NCBI RefSeq assembly: GCF_003334405.1
Contig: NZ_QOWM01000008.1
From: Escherichia coli
GTDB lineage: Bacteria > Pseudomonadota > Gammaproteobacteria > Enterobacterales > Enterobacteriaceae
Reading direction: 5' to 3' (one strand)
Length of the DNA: 64,000 nt
The notes beneath the pieces are model-generated. The model saw nothing but the letters and a program-made list of their open reading frames with translations. It searched no databases and was not told the DNA's origin. Positions within the stretch are counted from its first letter, which is position 1. Every line of letters begins with the position of its first letter. Below, one piece after another: positions 1-11,421 of the stretch. The translations under genes and the position numbers were made by a program.

Positions 1-102
1 AATCTGCCGCATTACCCGTTCCCCGGCGGGCGCACGCTGCGTGTGCCGTTTACCGCGATGGGCGCGGCGTATTACAGCCTGCGCGATCGTCTGGGCGTTT
101 AA
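1..102 (+). CDS. puuB: 3' end of gamma-glutamylputrescine oxidase gene (partial, C-terminal 33 codons)
   Basis: Open frame from window start ending ...RDRLGV* at 100-102; sits immediately upstream of puuE as in the puu cluster. Confidence 0.55.
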   Translation, partial: NLPHYPFPGGRTLRVPFTAMGAAYYSLRDRLGV

Positions 103-139
103 TTTCCGATTAACCGTGAAGAGTCAAAAGGTGTGAAAC

Positions 140-1405
140 ATGAGCAACAATGAATTCCATCAGCGTCGTCTTTCTGCCACTCCGCGCGGGGTTGGCGTGA
201 TGTGTAACTTCTTCGCCCAGTCGGCTGAAAACGCCACGCTGAAGGATGTTGAGGGCAACGAGTACATCGATTTCGCCGCAGGCATTGCGGTGCTGAATAC
301 CGGACATCGCCACCCTGATCTGGTCGCGGCGGTGGAGCAGCAACTGCAACAGTTTACCCACACCGCGTATCAGATTGTGCCGTATGAAAGCTACGTCACC
401 CTGGCGGAGAAAATCAACGCCCTTGCCCCGGTGAGCGGGCAGGCCAAAACCGCGTTCTTCACCACCGGTGCGGAAGCGGTGGAAAACGCGGTGAAAATTG
501 CTCGCGCCCATACCGGACGCCCTGGCGTGATTGCGTTTAGCGGCGGCTTTCACGGTCGTACGTATATGACCATGGCGCTGACCGGAAAAGTTGCGCCGTA
601 CAAAATCGGCTTCGGCCCGTTCCCTGGTTCGGTGTATCACGTACCTTATCCGTCAGATTTACACGGCATTTCAACACAGGACTCCCTCGACGCCATCGAA
701 CGCTTGTTTAAATCAGACATCGAAGCGAAGCAGGTGGCGGCGATTATTTTCGAACCGGTGCAGGGCGAGGGCGGTTTCAACGTTGCGCCAAAAGAGCTGG
801 TTGCCGCTATTCGCCGCCTGTGCGACGAGCACGGTATTGTGATGATTGCTGATGAAGTGCAAAGCGGCTTTGCGCGTACCGGTAAGCTGTTTGCCATGGA
901 TCATTACGCCGATAAGCCGGATTTAATGACGATGGCGAAAAGCCTCGCGGGCGGGATGCCGCTTTCGGGCGTGGTCGGTAACGCGAATATTATGGACGCA
1001 CCCGCGCCGGGCGGGCTTGGCGGCACCTACGCCGGTAACCCGCTGGCGGTGGCTGCCGCGCACGCGGTGCTCAACATTATCGACAAAGAATCACTCTGCG
1101 AACGCGCGAATCAACTGGGCCAGCGTCTCAAAAACACGTTGATTGATGCCAAAGAAAGCGTTCCGGCCATTGCTGCGGTACGCGGCCTGGGGTCGATGAT
1201 TGCGGTAGAGTTTAACGATCCGCAAACGGGCGAGCCGTCAGCGGCGATTGCACAGAAAATCCAGCAACGCGCGCTGGCGCAGGGGCTGCTCCTGCTGACC
1301 TGTGGCGCATACGGCAACGTGATTCGCTTCCTGTATCCGCTGACCATCCCGGATGCGCAATTCGATGCGGCAATGAAAATTTTGCAGGATGCGCTGAGCG
1401 ATTAA
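140..1405 (+). CDS. puuE: 4-aminobutyrate aminotransferase (class III PLP aminotransferase)
   Basis: 421-aa ORF; recognised sequence MSNNEFHQRRLSATPRGVG...; position next to pspF. Confidence 0.9.
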   Translation: MSNNEFHQRRLSATPRGVGVMCNFFAQSAENATLKDVEGNEYIDFAAGIAVLNTGHRHPDLVAAVEQQLQQFTHTAYQIVPYESYVTLAEKINALAPVSGQAKTAFFTTGAEAVENAVKIARAHTGRPGVIAFSGGFHGRTYMTMALTGKVAPYKIGFGPFPGSVYHVPYPSDLHGISTQDSLDAIERLFKSDIEAKQVAAIIFEPVQGEGGFNVAPKELVAAIRRLCDEHGIVMIADEVQSGFARTGKLFAMDHYADKPDLMTMAKSLAGGMPLSGVVGNANIMDAPAPGGLGGTYAGNPLAVAAAHAVLNIIDKESLCERANQLGQRLKNTLIDAKESVPAIAAVRGLGSMIAVEFNDPQTGEPSAAIAQKIQQRALAQGLLLLTCGAYGNVIRFLYPLTIPDAQFDAAMKILQDALSD

Positions 1406-1422
1406 TAGCCCAAGGCAATAAT

Positions 1423-1507
1423 GTCTGATGCGCTGCGCTTATCAGGCCTGCAAACGACGTATTGATTATGTATGCCGAATAAAGCATTCACGCCGCATCC
1501 GGCAAGT
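1423..1507. repeat. REP (repetitive extragenic palindromic) elements in puuE-pspF intergenic region
   Basis: GC-rich imperfect palindromes of REP type (gatgcgctgcgcttatcaggcctg ... cgccgcatccggcaag). Confidence 0.5.
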
Positions 1508-1524
1508 TGTATTGCTCAACTTCG

Positions 1525-2502
1525 CTAAATCTGGTGCTTTTTCAACAACGCGCGGAACTGATGATAAGTTAACCCCAGTAATTCAGCCGCGCGCTTCTGG
1601 TTATATTTCCCTTGTTGCAAACTGAGTTGCAGCAACTCTTTTTCCTGCTGCATCTGAAACTCACGTAAATCCAGCGGCAGTGTTGGAAGCGAGGTGGTTT
1701 CTGAAACGGCGATAGCGTCTTCAGGCGGACGCCGTTTAAAGGGATCAATAATGATGTCATCAAGCGGATAATCGCTGGTGCCGTGGCGATACACTGAACG
1801 TTCCACCACGTTTTTCAATTCACGAATATTTCCCGGCCAACGATAATTCAGCAATGTTTCTCTGGCGCGCTCCGTAAACCCCGGGAACAGAGGCAGCTTG
1901 ATTTCCCGACACATCTGGATGGCAAAGTATTCTGCCATCAACATTATGTCGCTTTCGCGCTCGCGCAGTGGTGGCAGTTGTACAACATCAAAAGCCAGTC
2001 GGTCGAGCAGGTCAGCGCGAAAAGTGCCTTCATTGACCATCGCCGGGAGATCGGCATTCGTCGCGCATACCAACCGCACATTCACCTGCAATGGCTGGCT
2101 GCCGCCAACGCGCTCCAGTTCACCGTACTCAATCACGCGCAATAATTTCTCCTGCACCATCATCGGTGCCGTAGCGAGTTCATCAAGAAATAGCGTACCG
2201 CCGTCGGCACGTTCAAATCTCCCTGGATGACGTTTTTGCGCACCGGTAAACGCCCCCGCTTCGTGACCAAACAGTTCGGAATCCAGCAGATTTTCATTTA
2301 ACGCCGCGCAGTTAAGGGAAATAAACGGCCCTTGCCAACGGGAGGAGAGATAATGCAGGCGGCTGGCAATCAGCTCTTTACCGGTGCCGCGTTCGCCGAT
2401 GATGAGCACCGGTTTGTCCAGCGGTGCGAGATGCGAAACCTGTTCCAGCACTTCGAGAAAGCTGTTCGCCTCACCAAGTAAATTATCTTTGTATTCTGCC
2501 AT
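1525..2502 (-). CDS. pspF: sigma54-dependent transcriptional activator of the psp operon
   Basis: ORF 1525-2517; start taken at MAEYKD (325 aa); AAA+ enhancer-binding domain with GERGTGKE and C-terminal HTH; divergent from pspA. Confidence 0.9.
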   Translation of the reverse strand: MAEYKDNLLGEANSFLEVLEQVSHLAPLDKPVLIIGERGTGKELIASRLHYLSSRWQGPFISLNCAALNENLLDSELFGHEAGAFTGAQKRHPGRFERADGGTLFLDELATAPMMVQEKLLRVIEYGELERVGGSQPLQVNVRLVCATNADLPAMVNEGTFRADLLDRLAFDVVQLPPLRERESDIMLMAEYFAIQMCREIKLPLFPGFTERARETLLNYRWPGNIRELKNVVERSVYRHGTSDYPLDDIIIDPFKRRPPEDAIAVSETTSLPTLPLDLREFQMQQEKELLQLSLQQGKYNQKRAAELLGLTYHQFRALLKKHQI

Positions 2503-2596
2503 GATGAAATTCGCCACTTGTTAGTGTAATTCGCTAACTCATCCTGGCATGTTGCTGTTGATTCTTCAATCAGATCTTTATAAATCAAAAAGATAA

Positions 2597-3337
<741 letters not shown>

Positions 3338-3390
3338 TAACATCCAGGCGGCGTCCGAACGCGCCGCCGCTCATCGTCTAAGGAGTACTT

Positions 3391-3615
3391 ATGAGCGCGC
3401 TATTTCTGGCTATTCCGTTAACCATTTTTGTGCTGTTTGTTTTACCGATCTGGTTATGGCTGCATTACAGCAATCGTTCTGGTCGCAGTGAATTGTCGCA
3501 AAGTGAGCAGCAGCGATTAGCGCAACTGGCTGATGAAGCAAAACGGATGCGCGAACGTATTCAGGCGCTGGAATCTATTCTTGATGCAGAACATCCGAAC
3601 TGGAGGGATCGCTAA
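3391..3615 (+). CDS. pspB: phage shock protein B
   Basis: 74-aa single-TM protein; operon position. Confidence 0.9.
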   Translation: MSALFLAIPLTIFVLFVLPIWLWLHYSNRSGRSELSQSEQQRLAQLADEAKRMRERIQALESILDAEHPNWRDR

Positions 3616-3974
3616 TGGCGGGCATTAATCTCAATAAAAAATTATGGCGTATTCCACAGCAGGGCATGGTCCGCGGCGTCTGCGCCGGGATTGCCAACTA
3701 TTTTGATGTACCGGTAAAACTGGTGCGTATCCTGGTGGTGCTGTCGATTTTCTTCGGTCTGGCGCTGTTTACCCTGGTTGCTTACATCATTTTGTCATTT
3801 GCGCTTGATCCAATGCCGGACAACATGGCCTTTGGTGAGCAGCTACCTTCCAGCAGCGAATTGCTGGATGAAGTCGACCGTGAACTGGCGGCAAGTGAAA
3901 CGCGTTTACGCGAGATGGAACGTTATGTCACTTCCGATACTTTCACGTTACGTAGCCGTTTCCGTCAACTGTGA
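3615..3974 (+). CDS. pspC: phage shock protein C
   Basis: 119-aa ORF overlapping pspB stop (ATGG/TAATGG coupling). Confidence 0.9.
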
Positions 3975-3982
3975 GGAAAGTT

Positions 3983-4204
3983 ATGAATACTCGCTGGCAA
4001 CAGGCCGGGCAAAAGGTAAAGCCTGGTTTCAAATTAGCAGGCAAGCTGGTACTTCTTACCGCACTGCGCTATGGCCCGGCGGGTGTGGCGGGCTGGGCGA
4101 TAAAATCAGTTGCTCGCCGACCGCTGAAAATGTTGCTGGCTGTGGCGCTGGAACCGCTGTTAAGTCGGGCTGCTAATAAACTGGCACAGCGTTATAAAAG
4201 GTGA
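3983..4204 (+). CDS. pspD: phage shock protein D
   Basis: ORF 3971-4204; start taken at MNTRWQQ (73 aa). Confidence 0.8.
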
Positions 4205-4278
4205 GGGGAGTTTCGCAAAAATTGTTAAATCTCAGGCGTATAATGGATGGCAATTTTCATCCATAGAAGGACGCTTAC

Positions 4279-4593
4279 ATGTTTAAAAAAGGCTTACTTG
4301 CTCTGGCACTGGTGTTTTCACTGCCCGTTTTCGCCGCTGAACACTGGATCGATGTTCGTGTTCCAGAGCAGTATCAGCAAGAGCACGTTCAGGGGGCCAT
4401 CAATATTCCCCTGAAGGAAGTGAAAGAGCGCATTGCCACCGCCGTTCCGGATAAAAACGACACCGTGAAAGTGTATTGCAATGCCGGACGCCAGTCAGGG
4501 CAAGCAAAAGAGATCCTTAGCGAGATGGGATATACCCACGTTGAGAACGCCGGTGGCCTGAAAGACATCGCAATGCCGAAGGTCAAAGGTTAA
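4279..4593 (+). CDS. pspE: thiosulfate sulfurtransferase (periplasmic rhodanese)
   Basis: 104-aa ORF with signal peptide and rhodanese active-site CNAGRQS. Confidence 0.9.
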   Translation: MFKKGLLALALVFSLPVFAAEHWIDVRVPEQYQQEHVQGAINIPLKEVKERIATAVPDKNDTVKVYCNAGRQSGQAKEILSEMGYTHVENAGGLKDIAMPKVKG

Positions 4594-4608
4594 AAGAATT
4601 CACCATGA

Positions 4609-4634
4609 GCGGCGCTTATGCGCCGTTTTTTTTT
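4609..4634 (+). terminator. rho-independent terminator after pspE
   Basis: GC stem gcggcgc-ttat-gcgccg followed by T9 run. Confidence 0.65.
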
Positions 4635-4805
4635 CTGTCACACCTTATTTACATCCCCATAGATTATTTGCGTCAGCTCACAAATACGCTTTTTCCCTGG
4701 TAAAAAATGATTTCCTGCGTGACTAAAACCCTTGTGCTCAATTGACAGTTTATTTTCTGCGGAGTAGTCTCTCGTTTCATGGGACCGCTACCACGGAAAG
4801 GCAAC

Positions 4806-6485
4806 ATGAAACAGAAAATTACGGATTACCTGGACGAAATCTACGGTGGAACATTTACCGCAACTCATTTACAGAAACTTGTAACGCGTCTTGAGAGTGC
4901 GAAACGATTAATTACACAGCGACGTAAAAAACACTGGGATGAAAGTGATGTCGTGTTAATTACCTATGCCGATCAATTTCACAGCAATGATTTAAAACCA
5001 TTACCCACATTTAATCAGTTTTACCATCAATGGCTGCAAAGCATTTTTTCACATGTTCATTTGTTGCCGTTTTATCCATGGTCATCTGATGATGGCTTTT
5101 CGGTAATTGATTATCATCAGGTCGCCAGTGAAGCGGGGGAGTGGCAGGATATTCAGCAACTCGGTGAATGCAGTCATTTAATGTTTGATTTTGTCTGCAA
5201 CCATATGTCGGCAAAAAGTGAATGGTTTAAAAACTATTTACAACAGCATCCAGGTTTTGAAGATTTTTTTATTGCCGTTGACCCGCAAACCGATCTCAGC
5301 GCCGTCACTCGCCCGCGTGCGTTACCGTTATTAACGCCATTCCAGATGCGCGATCATTCAACGCGCCATTTATGGACCACCTTTAGTGACGATCAAATTG
5401 ACCTGAATTACCGTAGCCCTGAAGTGTTGCTGGCGATGGTGGATGTTTTACTCTGTTACCTTGCGAAAGGTGCTGAGTATGTCCGCCTGGATGCCGTTGG
5501 CTTTATGTGGAAAGAGCCGGGAACAAGCTGCATCCATCTGGAAAAAACACATCTGATTATCAAACTGTTACGGTCGATTATTGATAACGTTGCGCCAGGT
5601 ACAGTGATCATTACCGAGACCAATGTTCCGCATAAAGACAACATTGCTTACTTTGGCGCAGGCGATGACGAAGCACATATGGTGTACCAGTTCTCGCTGC
5701 CGCCACTGGTGCTGCATGCGGTGCAAAAACAGAACGTTGAGGCGCTTTGTGCGTGGGCGCAAAACCTGACACTACCTTCCAGCAACACCACCTGGTTTAA
5801 CTTCCTCGCCTCTCACGATGGCATCGGGCTAAACCCGCTACGGGGCTTGTTGCCTGAAAGCGAAATATTAGAGCTGGTCGAGGCGTTACAGCAGGAAGGT
5901 GCATTAGTAAACTGGAAAAATAATCCCGACGGTACACGCAGTCCGTATGAAATAAATGTGACCTATATGGATGCGTTAAGCCGCCGTGAGAGTAGCGATG
6001 AAGAACGTTGCGCCAGGTTTATCCTTGCCCATGCGATTTTGTTAAGTTTCCCCGGTGTGCCAGCGATATATATTCAAAGTATTCTTGGCTCGCGTAATGA
6101 TTACGCAGGTGTCGAAAAAATCGGATATAACCGTGCGATTAACCGTAAAAAATATCACAGTAAAGAGATAACCCGAGAACTGAACGATGAAGCTACATTA
6201 AGGCATGCGGTATATCATGAGTTGTCGCGTTTAATTACACTTCGTCGCAGCCATAACGAGTTTCATCCGGATAATAATTTTACCATTGATACGATTAATT
6301 CATCCGTAATGCGTATTCAAAGAAGTAACGCTGATGGTAATTGTCTGACTGGATTGTTTAATGTCAGTAAAAATATTCAGCATGTAAATATTACTAATCT
6401 GCATGGTCGGGATCTGATTAGTGAAGTTGATATATTGGGTAATGAAATAACGCTGCGCCCCTGGCAGGTTATGTGGATTAAATAA
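4806..6485 (+). CDS. ycjM: GH13 sucrose-phosphorylase-like enzyme (glucosylglycerate phosphorylase)
   Basis: ORF 4779-6485; start taken at MKQKITDYLDEIYGG (559 aa); first gene of ycj sugar cluster. Confidence 0.85.
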   Translation: MKQKITDYLDEIYGGTFTATHLQKLVTRLESAKRLITQRRKKHWDESDVVLITYADQFHSNDLKPLPTFNQFYHQWLQSIFSHVHLLPFYPWSSDDGFSVIDYHQVASEAGEWQDIQQLGECSHLMFDFVCNHMSAKSEWFKNYLQQHPGFEDFFIAVDPQTDLSAVTRPRALPLLTPFQMRDHSTRHLWTTFSDDQIDLNYRSPEVLLAMVDVLLCYLAKGAEYVRLDAVGFMWKEPGTSCIHLEKTHLIIKLLRSIIDNVAPGTVIITETNVPHKDNIAYFGAGDDEAHMVYQFSLPPLVLHAVQKQNVEALCAWAQNLTLPSSNTTWFNFLASHDGIGLNPLRGLLPESEILELVEALQQEGALVNWKNNPDGTRSPYEINVTYMDALSRRESSDEERCARFILAHAILLSFPGVPAIYIQSILGSRNDYAGVEKIGYNRAINRKKYHSKEITRELNDEATLRHAVYHELSRLITLRRSHNEFHPDNNFTIDTINSSVMRIQRSNADGNCLTGLFNVSKNIQHVNITNLHGRDLISEVDILGNEITLRPWQVMWIK

Positions 6486-6498
6486 AAAGGAACATCTC

Positions 6499-7791
6499 AT
6501 GATTAAATCAAAAATCGTGCTGTTATCAGCACTGGTTTCATGCGCCCTGATTTCAGGCTGTAAAGAAGAAAATAAAACGAATGTATCCATCGAATTTATG
6601 CATTCTTCGGTGGAGCAGGAGCGCCAGGCCGTTATCAGTAAATTGATTGCCCGTTTTGAAAAAGAAAACCCTGGCATCACCGTTAAGCAAGTGCCCGTGG
6701 AAGAAGATGCCTATAACACTAAAGTCATTACTCTTTCACGTAGCGGTTCGCTGCCGGAAGTGATCGAAACCAGCCATGACTACGCCAAAGTGATGGACAA
6801 AGAGCAGCTTATCGATCGCAAAGCGGTTGCCACAGTCATCAGCAACGTTGGTGAAGGCGCGTTTTACGATGGCGTACTGCGTATTGTGCGTACCGAAGAT
6901 GGTAGCGCATGGACCGGTGTTCCTGTCAGCGCCTGGATTGGCGGTATCTGGTATCGCAAAGATGTGCTGGCAAAAGCGGGGCTTGAGGAGCCGAAAAACT
7001 GGCAACAGCTGCTGGACGTTGCACAGAAACTGAATGACCCGGCGAATAAAAAATACGGCATTGCGCTGCCTACAGCAGAAAGCGTGTTGACGGAACAATC
7101 CTTCTCCCAGTTTGCGTTATCCAACCAGGCTAACGTCTTTAACGCCGAAGGCAAAATCACCCTTGATACACCAGAGATGATGCAGGCACTGACCTATTAC
7201 CGCGACCTTGCTGCCAACACTATGCCGGGTTCTAACGACATCATGGAAGTGAAAGACGCCTTTATGAACGGCACCGCGCCGATGGCGATTTACTCCACCT
7301 ATATCCTTCCGGCTGTGATTAAAGAAGGCGACCCGAAAAACGTCGGTTTCGTGGTGCCAACCGAGAAAAACTCTGCGGTCTACGGCATGTTGACCTCGCT
7401 GACCATTACCGCCGGGCAAAAGACCGAAGAGACGGAAGCAGCAGAAAAATTTGTCACCTTTATGGAGCAGGCAGACAACATTGCCGACTGGGTGATGATG
7501 TCGCCAGGTGCTGCGCTGCCGGTGAATAAAGCGGTGGTGACTACCGCCACCTGGAAAGACAACGACGTTATTAAGGCGCTGGGTGAACTACCGAATCAGC
7601 TAATCGGTGAACTGCCAAATATTCAGGTTTTTGGCGCAGTAGGGGATAAAAACTTTACCCGCATGGGTGATGTGACGGGTTCTGGCGTGGTGAGTTCAAT
7701 GGTGCATAACGTCACCGTGGGTAAAGCCGATCTCTCTACTACGCTGCAAGCGAGCCAGAAAAAACTGGATGAACTGATCGAACAGCACTAA
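6499..7791 (+). CDS. ycjN: ABC transporter periplasmic sugar-binding protein
   Basis: 430-aa ORF with lipoprotein-type signal (LISGC). Confidence 0.85.
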   Translation: MIKSKIVLLSALVSCALISGCKEENKTNVSIEFMHSSVEQERQAVISKLIARFEKENPGITVKQVPVEEDAYNTKVITLSRSGSLPEVIETSHDYAKVMDKEQLIDRKAVATVISNVGEGAFYDGVLRIVRTEDGSAWTGVPVSAWIGGIWYRKDVLAKAGLEEPKNWQQLLDVAQKLNDPANKKYGIALPTAESVLTEQSFSQFALSNQANVFNAEGKITLDTPEMMQALTYYRDLAANTMPGSNDIMEVKDAFMNGTAPMAIYSTYILPAVIKEGDPKNVGFVVPTEKNSAVYGMLTSLTITAGQKTEETEAAEKFVTFMEQADNIADWVMMSPGAALPVNKAVVTTATWKDNDVIKALGELPNQLIGELPNIQVFGAVGDKNFTRMGDVTGSGVVSSMVHNVTVGKADLSTTLQASQKKLDELIEQH

Positions 7792-7811
7792 ACCCAGGAC
7801 AGGAATCCGCA

Positions 7812-8693
7812 ATGAACAGGCTTTTTTCAGGTCGTTCCGATATGCCCTTTGCGCTGCTGCTTCTCGCGCCCAGCTTATTACTGCTGGGCGGTCTGGTGGC
7901 GTGGCCGATGGTGTCGAATATCGAAATCAGTTTTTTACGTCTGCCGCTCAATCCCAACATCGAGTCAACGTTTGTTGGGGTGAGCAACTATGTGCGTATC
8001 CTCTCCGATCCCGGCTTCTGGCATTCGCTGTGGATGACGGTCTGGTATACCGCGCTGGTGGTGGCGGGCAGCACCGTGCTCGGGCTGGCGGTGGCGATGT
8101 TTTTCAACCGCGAGTTCCGCCTGCGCAAAACCGCGCGTTCGCTGGTGATCCTCTCCTACGTAACGCCGTCCATTTCGCTGGTGTTCGCCTGGAAATACAT
8201 GTTCAACAACGGCTACGGCATTGTTAACTACCTCGGCGTCGATCTTCTGCATCTCTATGAGCAGGCACCGCTGTGGTTCGATAATCCGGGCAGTAGCTTT
8301 GTGCTGGTGGTGCTGTTCGCCATCTGGCGCTACTTCCCGTATGCCTTTATCTCGTTTCTGGCGATTTTGCAGACCATCGACAAATCGCTGTACGAAGCGG
8401 CAGAGATGGATGGCGCTAATGCCTGGCAACGGTTTCGTATCGTCACGCTGCCCGCAATTATGCCGGTCCTGGCGACGGTGGTGACACTGCGCACCATCTG
8501 GATGTTCTACATGTTCGCGGATGTTTATTTGCTGACGACCAAGGTCGATATTCTCGGTGTATATCTCTACAAAACCGCCTTTGCCTTTAATGATTTAGGA
8601 AAAGCGGCGGCGATCTCGGTGGTGCTCTTCATCATTATTTTCGCTGTCATTCTGCTGACCAGGAAACGGGTGAACCTCAATGGCAACAAATAA
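7812..8693 (+). CDS. ycjO: ABC transporter permease
   Basis: 293-aa polytopic membrane ORF. Confidence 0.85.
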   Translation: MNRLFSGRSDMPFALLLLAPSLLLLGGLVAWPMVSNIEISFLRLPLNPNIESTFVGVSNYVRILSDPGFWHSLWMTVWYTALVVAGSTVLGLAVAMFFNREFRLRKTARSLVILSYVTPSISLVFAWKYMFNNGYGIVNYLGVDLLHLYEQAPLWFDNPGSSFVLVVLFAIWRYFPYAFISFLAILQTIDKSLYEAAEMDGANAWQRFRIVTLPAIMPVLATVVTLRTIWMFYMFADVYLLTTKVDILGVYLYKTAFAFNDLGKAAAISVVLFIIIFAVILLTRKRVNLNGNK

Positions 8694-9522
8694 ACGCACA
8701 CTCAGTCGCATCGGTTTTTACTGCGAGCTGGCGCTGTTTCTCATCATCACGCTGTTTCCATTTTTTGTGATGCTGATGACCTCGTTCAAGGGCGCGAAAG
8801 AGGCGATCTCACTGCATCCTACGCTGCTGCCGCAGCAGTGGACGCTGGAGCATTACGTCGACATTTTTAACCCGATGATTTTCCCGTTTGTCGACTACTT
8901 CCGTAACAGTCTGGTGGTGTCTGTGGTTTCATCCGTGGTGGCGGTATTCCTCGGCATTCTTGGGGCTTACGCGCTTTCCCGCCTGCGCTTTAAAGGTCGG
9001 ATGACCATCAACGCCAGCTTTTACACGGTGTATATGTTCTCTGGCATTTTGCTGGTGGTGCCGCTTTTCAAAATCATCACCGCGCTTGGCATTTACGACA
9101 CTGAGATGGCGCTGATCATCACCATGGTGACGCAAACTCTGCCCACCGCCGTGTTTATGCTGAAAAGCTACTTCGACACCATCCCCGATGAGATCGAAGA
9201 AGCGGCGATGATGGATGGCCTCAACCGTCTGCAAATTATCTTCCGCATCACCGTGCCGTTGGCGATGTCCGGGCTGATATCCGTGTTCGTCTACTGCTTT
9301 ATGGTGGCGTGGAACGACTATCTGTTTGCGTCGATTTTCCTCTCCAGCGCCAGCAATTTCACCTTACCGGTGGGCCTGAACGCGCTGTTCAGTACGCCAG
9401 ATTACATCTGGGGACGGATGATGGCGGCCTCACTGGTGACCGCATTGCCGGTGGTGATTATGTATGCGCTTTCGGAACGTTTTATTAAGAGTGGTTTGAC
9501 CGCCGGTGGCGTGAAGGGCTAA
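8680..9522 (+). CDS. ycjP: ABC transporter permease
   Basis: 280-aa polytopic membrane ORF overlapping ycjO end. Confidence 0.85.
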   Translation: MATNKRTLSRIGFYCELALFLIITLFPFFVMLMTSFKGAKEAISLHPTLLPQQWTLEHYVDIFNPMIFPFVDYFRNSLVVSVVSSVVAVFLGILGAYALSRLRFKGRMTINASFYTVYMFSGILLVVPLFKIITALGIYDTEMALIITMVTQTLPTAVFMLKSYFDTIPDEIEEAAMMDGLNRLQIIFRITVPLAMSGLISVFVYCFMVAWNDYLFASIFLSSASNFTLPVGLNALFSTPDYIWGRMMAASLVTALPVVIMYALSERFIKSGLTAGGVKG

Positions 9523-9552
9523 AGCGGCCAGTTTCTTTACAAGGAGTTTTAA

Positions 9553-10605
9553 ATGAAAAAGTTAGTAGCCACAGCACCGCGTGTTGCTGCGCTGGTTGAG
9601 TATGAAGATCGGGCGATTTTAGCTAATGAAGTGAAGATCCGCGTGCGTTTCGGCGCACCGAAACACGGAACGGAAGTGGTCGACTTCCGCGCCGCCAGCC
9701 CGTTTATTGATGAAGACTTTAACGGCGAATGGCAGATGTTCACTCCGCGTCCGGCAGATGCGCCGCGCGGCATTGAGTTTGGCAAATTCCAGCTTGGCAA
9801 CATGGTGGTTGGCGACATTATCGAGTGCGGCAGCGACGTTACCGACTACGCGGTGGGCGACAGCGTATGCGGCTACGGCCCGCTCTCCGAGACGGTCATC
9901 ATTAACGCAGTGAATAACTACAAGCTGCGCAAAATGCCGCAAGGCAGCTCCTGGAAAAACGCCGTCTGCTACGACCCGGCGCAGTTTGCCATGAGCGGCG
10001 TGCGCGATGCCAACGTGCGCGTAGGGGATTTTGTGGTGGTGGTAGGGCTTGGCGCAATCGGTCAAATTGCCATCCAACTGGCTAAACGCGCTGGCGCTTC
10101 TGTGGTGATTGGCGTCGATCCTATCGCCCATCGCTGTGATATTGCCCGTCGCCACGGCGCGGATTTCTGCCTTAACCCCATCGGCACTGATGTAGGTAAA
10201 GAGATCAAAACGCTGACCGGCAAGCAGGGTGCCGATGTGATTATCGAAACCAGCGGCTACGCCGACGCGCTGCAATCGGCGCTCCGCGGTCTGGCTTATG
10301 GCGGCACCATCTCCTATGTCGCGTTTGCCAAGCCGTTTGCCGAAGGTTTTAACCTCGGACGCGAAGCGCATTTCAATAACGCCAAAATTGTCTTCTCTCG
10401 CGCGTGCAGCGAACCGAACCCGGATTATCCGCGCTGGAGCCGCAAGCGTATTGAAGAAACCTGTTGGGAACTGCTGATGAACGGTTATCTCAATTGCGAA
10501 GATTTAATCGACCCGGTGGTGACCTTTGCCAATAGCCCGGAAAGCTATATGCAGTATGTCGACCAGCATCCGGAACAGAGCATCAAAATGGGCGTTACGT
10601 TTTAA
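9553..10605 (+). CDS. ycjQ: zinc-type alcohol/sugar dehydrogenase
   Basis: 350-aa ORF with GLGAIGQ Rossmann motif. Confidence 0.85.
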   Translation: MKKLVATAPRVAALVEYEDRAILANEVKIRVRFGAPKHGTEVVDFRAASPFIDEDFNGEWQMFTPRPADAPRGIEFGKFQLGNMVVGDIIECGSDVTDYAVGDSVCGYGPLSETVIINAVNNYKLRKMPQGSSWKNAVCYDPAQFAMSGVRDANVRVGDFVVVVGLGAIGQIAIQLAKRAGASVVIGVDPIAHRCDIARRHGADFCLNPIGTDVGKEIKTLTGKQGADVIIETSGYADALQSALRGLAYGGTISYVAFAKPFAEGFNLGREAHFNNAKIVFSRACSEPNPDYPRWSRKRIEETCWELLMNGYLNCEDLIDPVVTFANSPESYMQYVDQHPEQSIKMGVTF

Positions 10606-10623
10606 TTCAAAGGAATGAAAAAA

Positions 10624-11412
10624 ATGAAAATCGGCACACAGAATCAGGCGTTCTTTCCGGAAAACATTCTGGAGAAATTTCGTTATATCAAAGAGATGGG
10701 CTTCGATGGTTTTGAGATTGACGGCAAACTGCTGGTTAACAACATCGAAGAAGTCAAAGCGGCGATCAAAGAAACCGGTTTACCGGTGACCACCGCCTGC
10801 GGTGGCTATGACGGATGGATTGGCGACTTTATCGAAGAGCGTCGTCTTAATGGCTTAAAGCAGATCGAGCGCATTCTCGAAGCGCTGGCAGAAGTGGGCG
10901 GTAAAGGCATCGTCGTTCCGGCTGCGTGGGGCATGTTTACCTTCCGCTTACCGCCGATGACCTCGCCGCGTAGCCTGGACGGCGACCGCAAAATGGTGAG
11001 TGATTCCCTGCGCGTACTGGAACAGGTCGCCGCGCGTACCGGAACCGTGGTGTATCTCGAACCGTTAAACCGCTATCAGGATCATATGATCAACACCCTC
11101 GCCGATGCCCGCCGTTACATCGTCGAAAACGATCTTAAACATGTACAGATTATCGGCGATTTCTATCACATGAATATCGAAGAAGATAACCTGGCGCAGG
11201 CGCTGCATGACAACCGCGACCTGCTCGGTCATGTGCATATTGCGGATAACCATCGCTACCAGCCGGGCAGCGGCACCCTGGATTTCCACGCGCTGTTTGA
11301 ACAGCTGCGCGCGGATAACTATCAGGGCTATGTAGTGTACGAAGGGCGTATCCGGGCGGAAGATCCTGCCCAGGCGTACCGTGATTCGTTGGCCTGGTTG
11401 CGTACCTGCTAA
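10624..11412 (+). CDS. ycjR: sugar phosphate isomerase/epimerase (TIM-barrel xylose-isomerase-like)
   Basis: ORF 10615-11412; start taken at MKIGTQNQ (262 aa). Confidence 0.8.
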   Translation: MKIGTQNQAFFPENILEKFRYIKEMGFDGFEIDGKLLVNNIEEVKAAIKETGLPVTTACGGYDGWIGDFIEERRLNGLKQIERILEALAEVGGKGIVVPAAWGMFTFRLPPMTSPRSLDGDRKMVSDSLRVLEQVAARTGTVVYLEPLNRYQDHMINTLADARRYIVENDLKHVQIIGDFYHMNIEEDNLAQALHDNRDLLGHVHIADNHRYQPGSGTLDFHALFEQLRADNYQGYVVYEGRIRAEDPAQAYRDSLAWLRTC

Positions 11413-11421
11413 GAGGTCTTT

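Noticed and set aside
110-640. 176-aa minus-strand ORF inside puuE
   Set aside because: Antisense to a well-supported gene; Arg/His-rich composition typical of spurious frames in GC-rich coding DNA.
9619-10371. 250-aa minus-strand ORF inside ycjQ
   Set aside because: Antisense shadow ORF, no RBS, entirely within a recognised gene.
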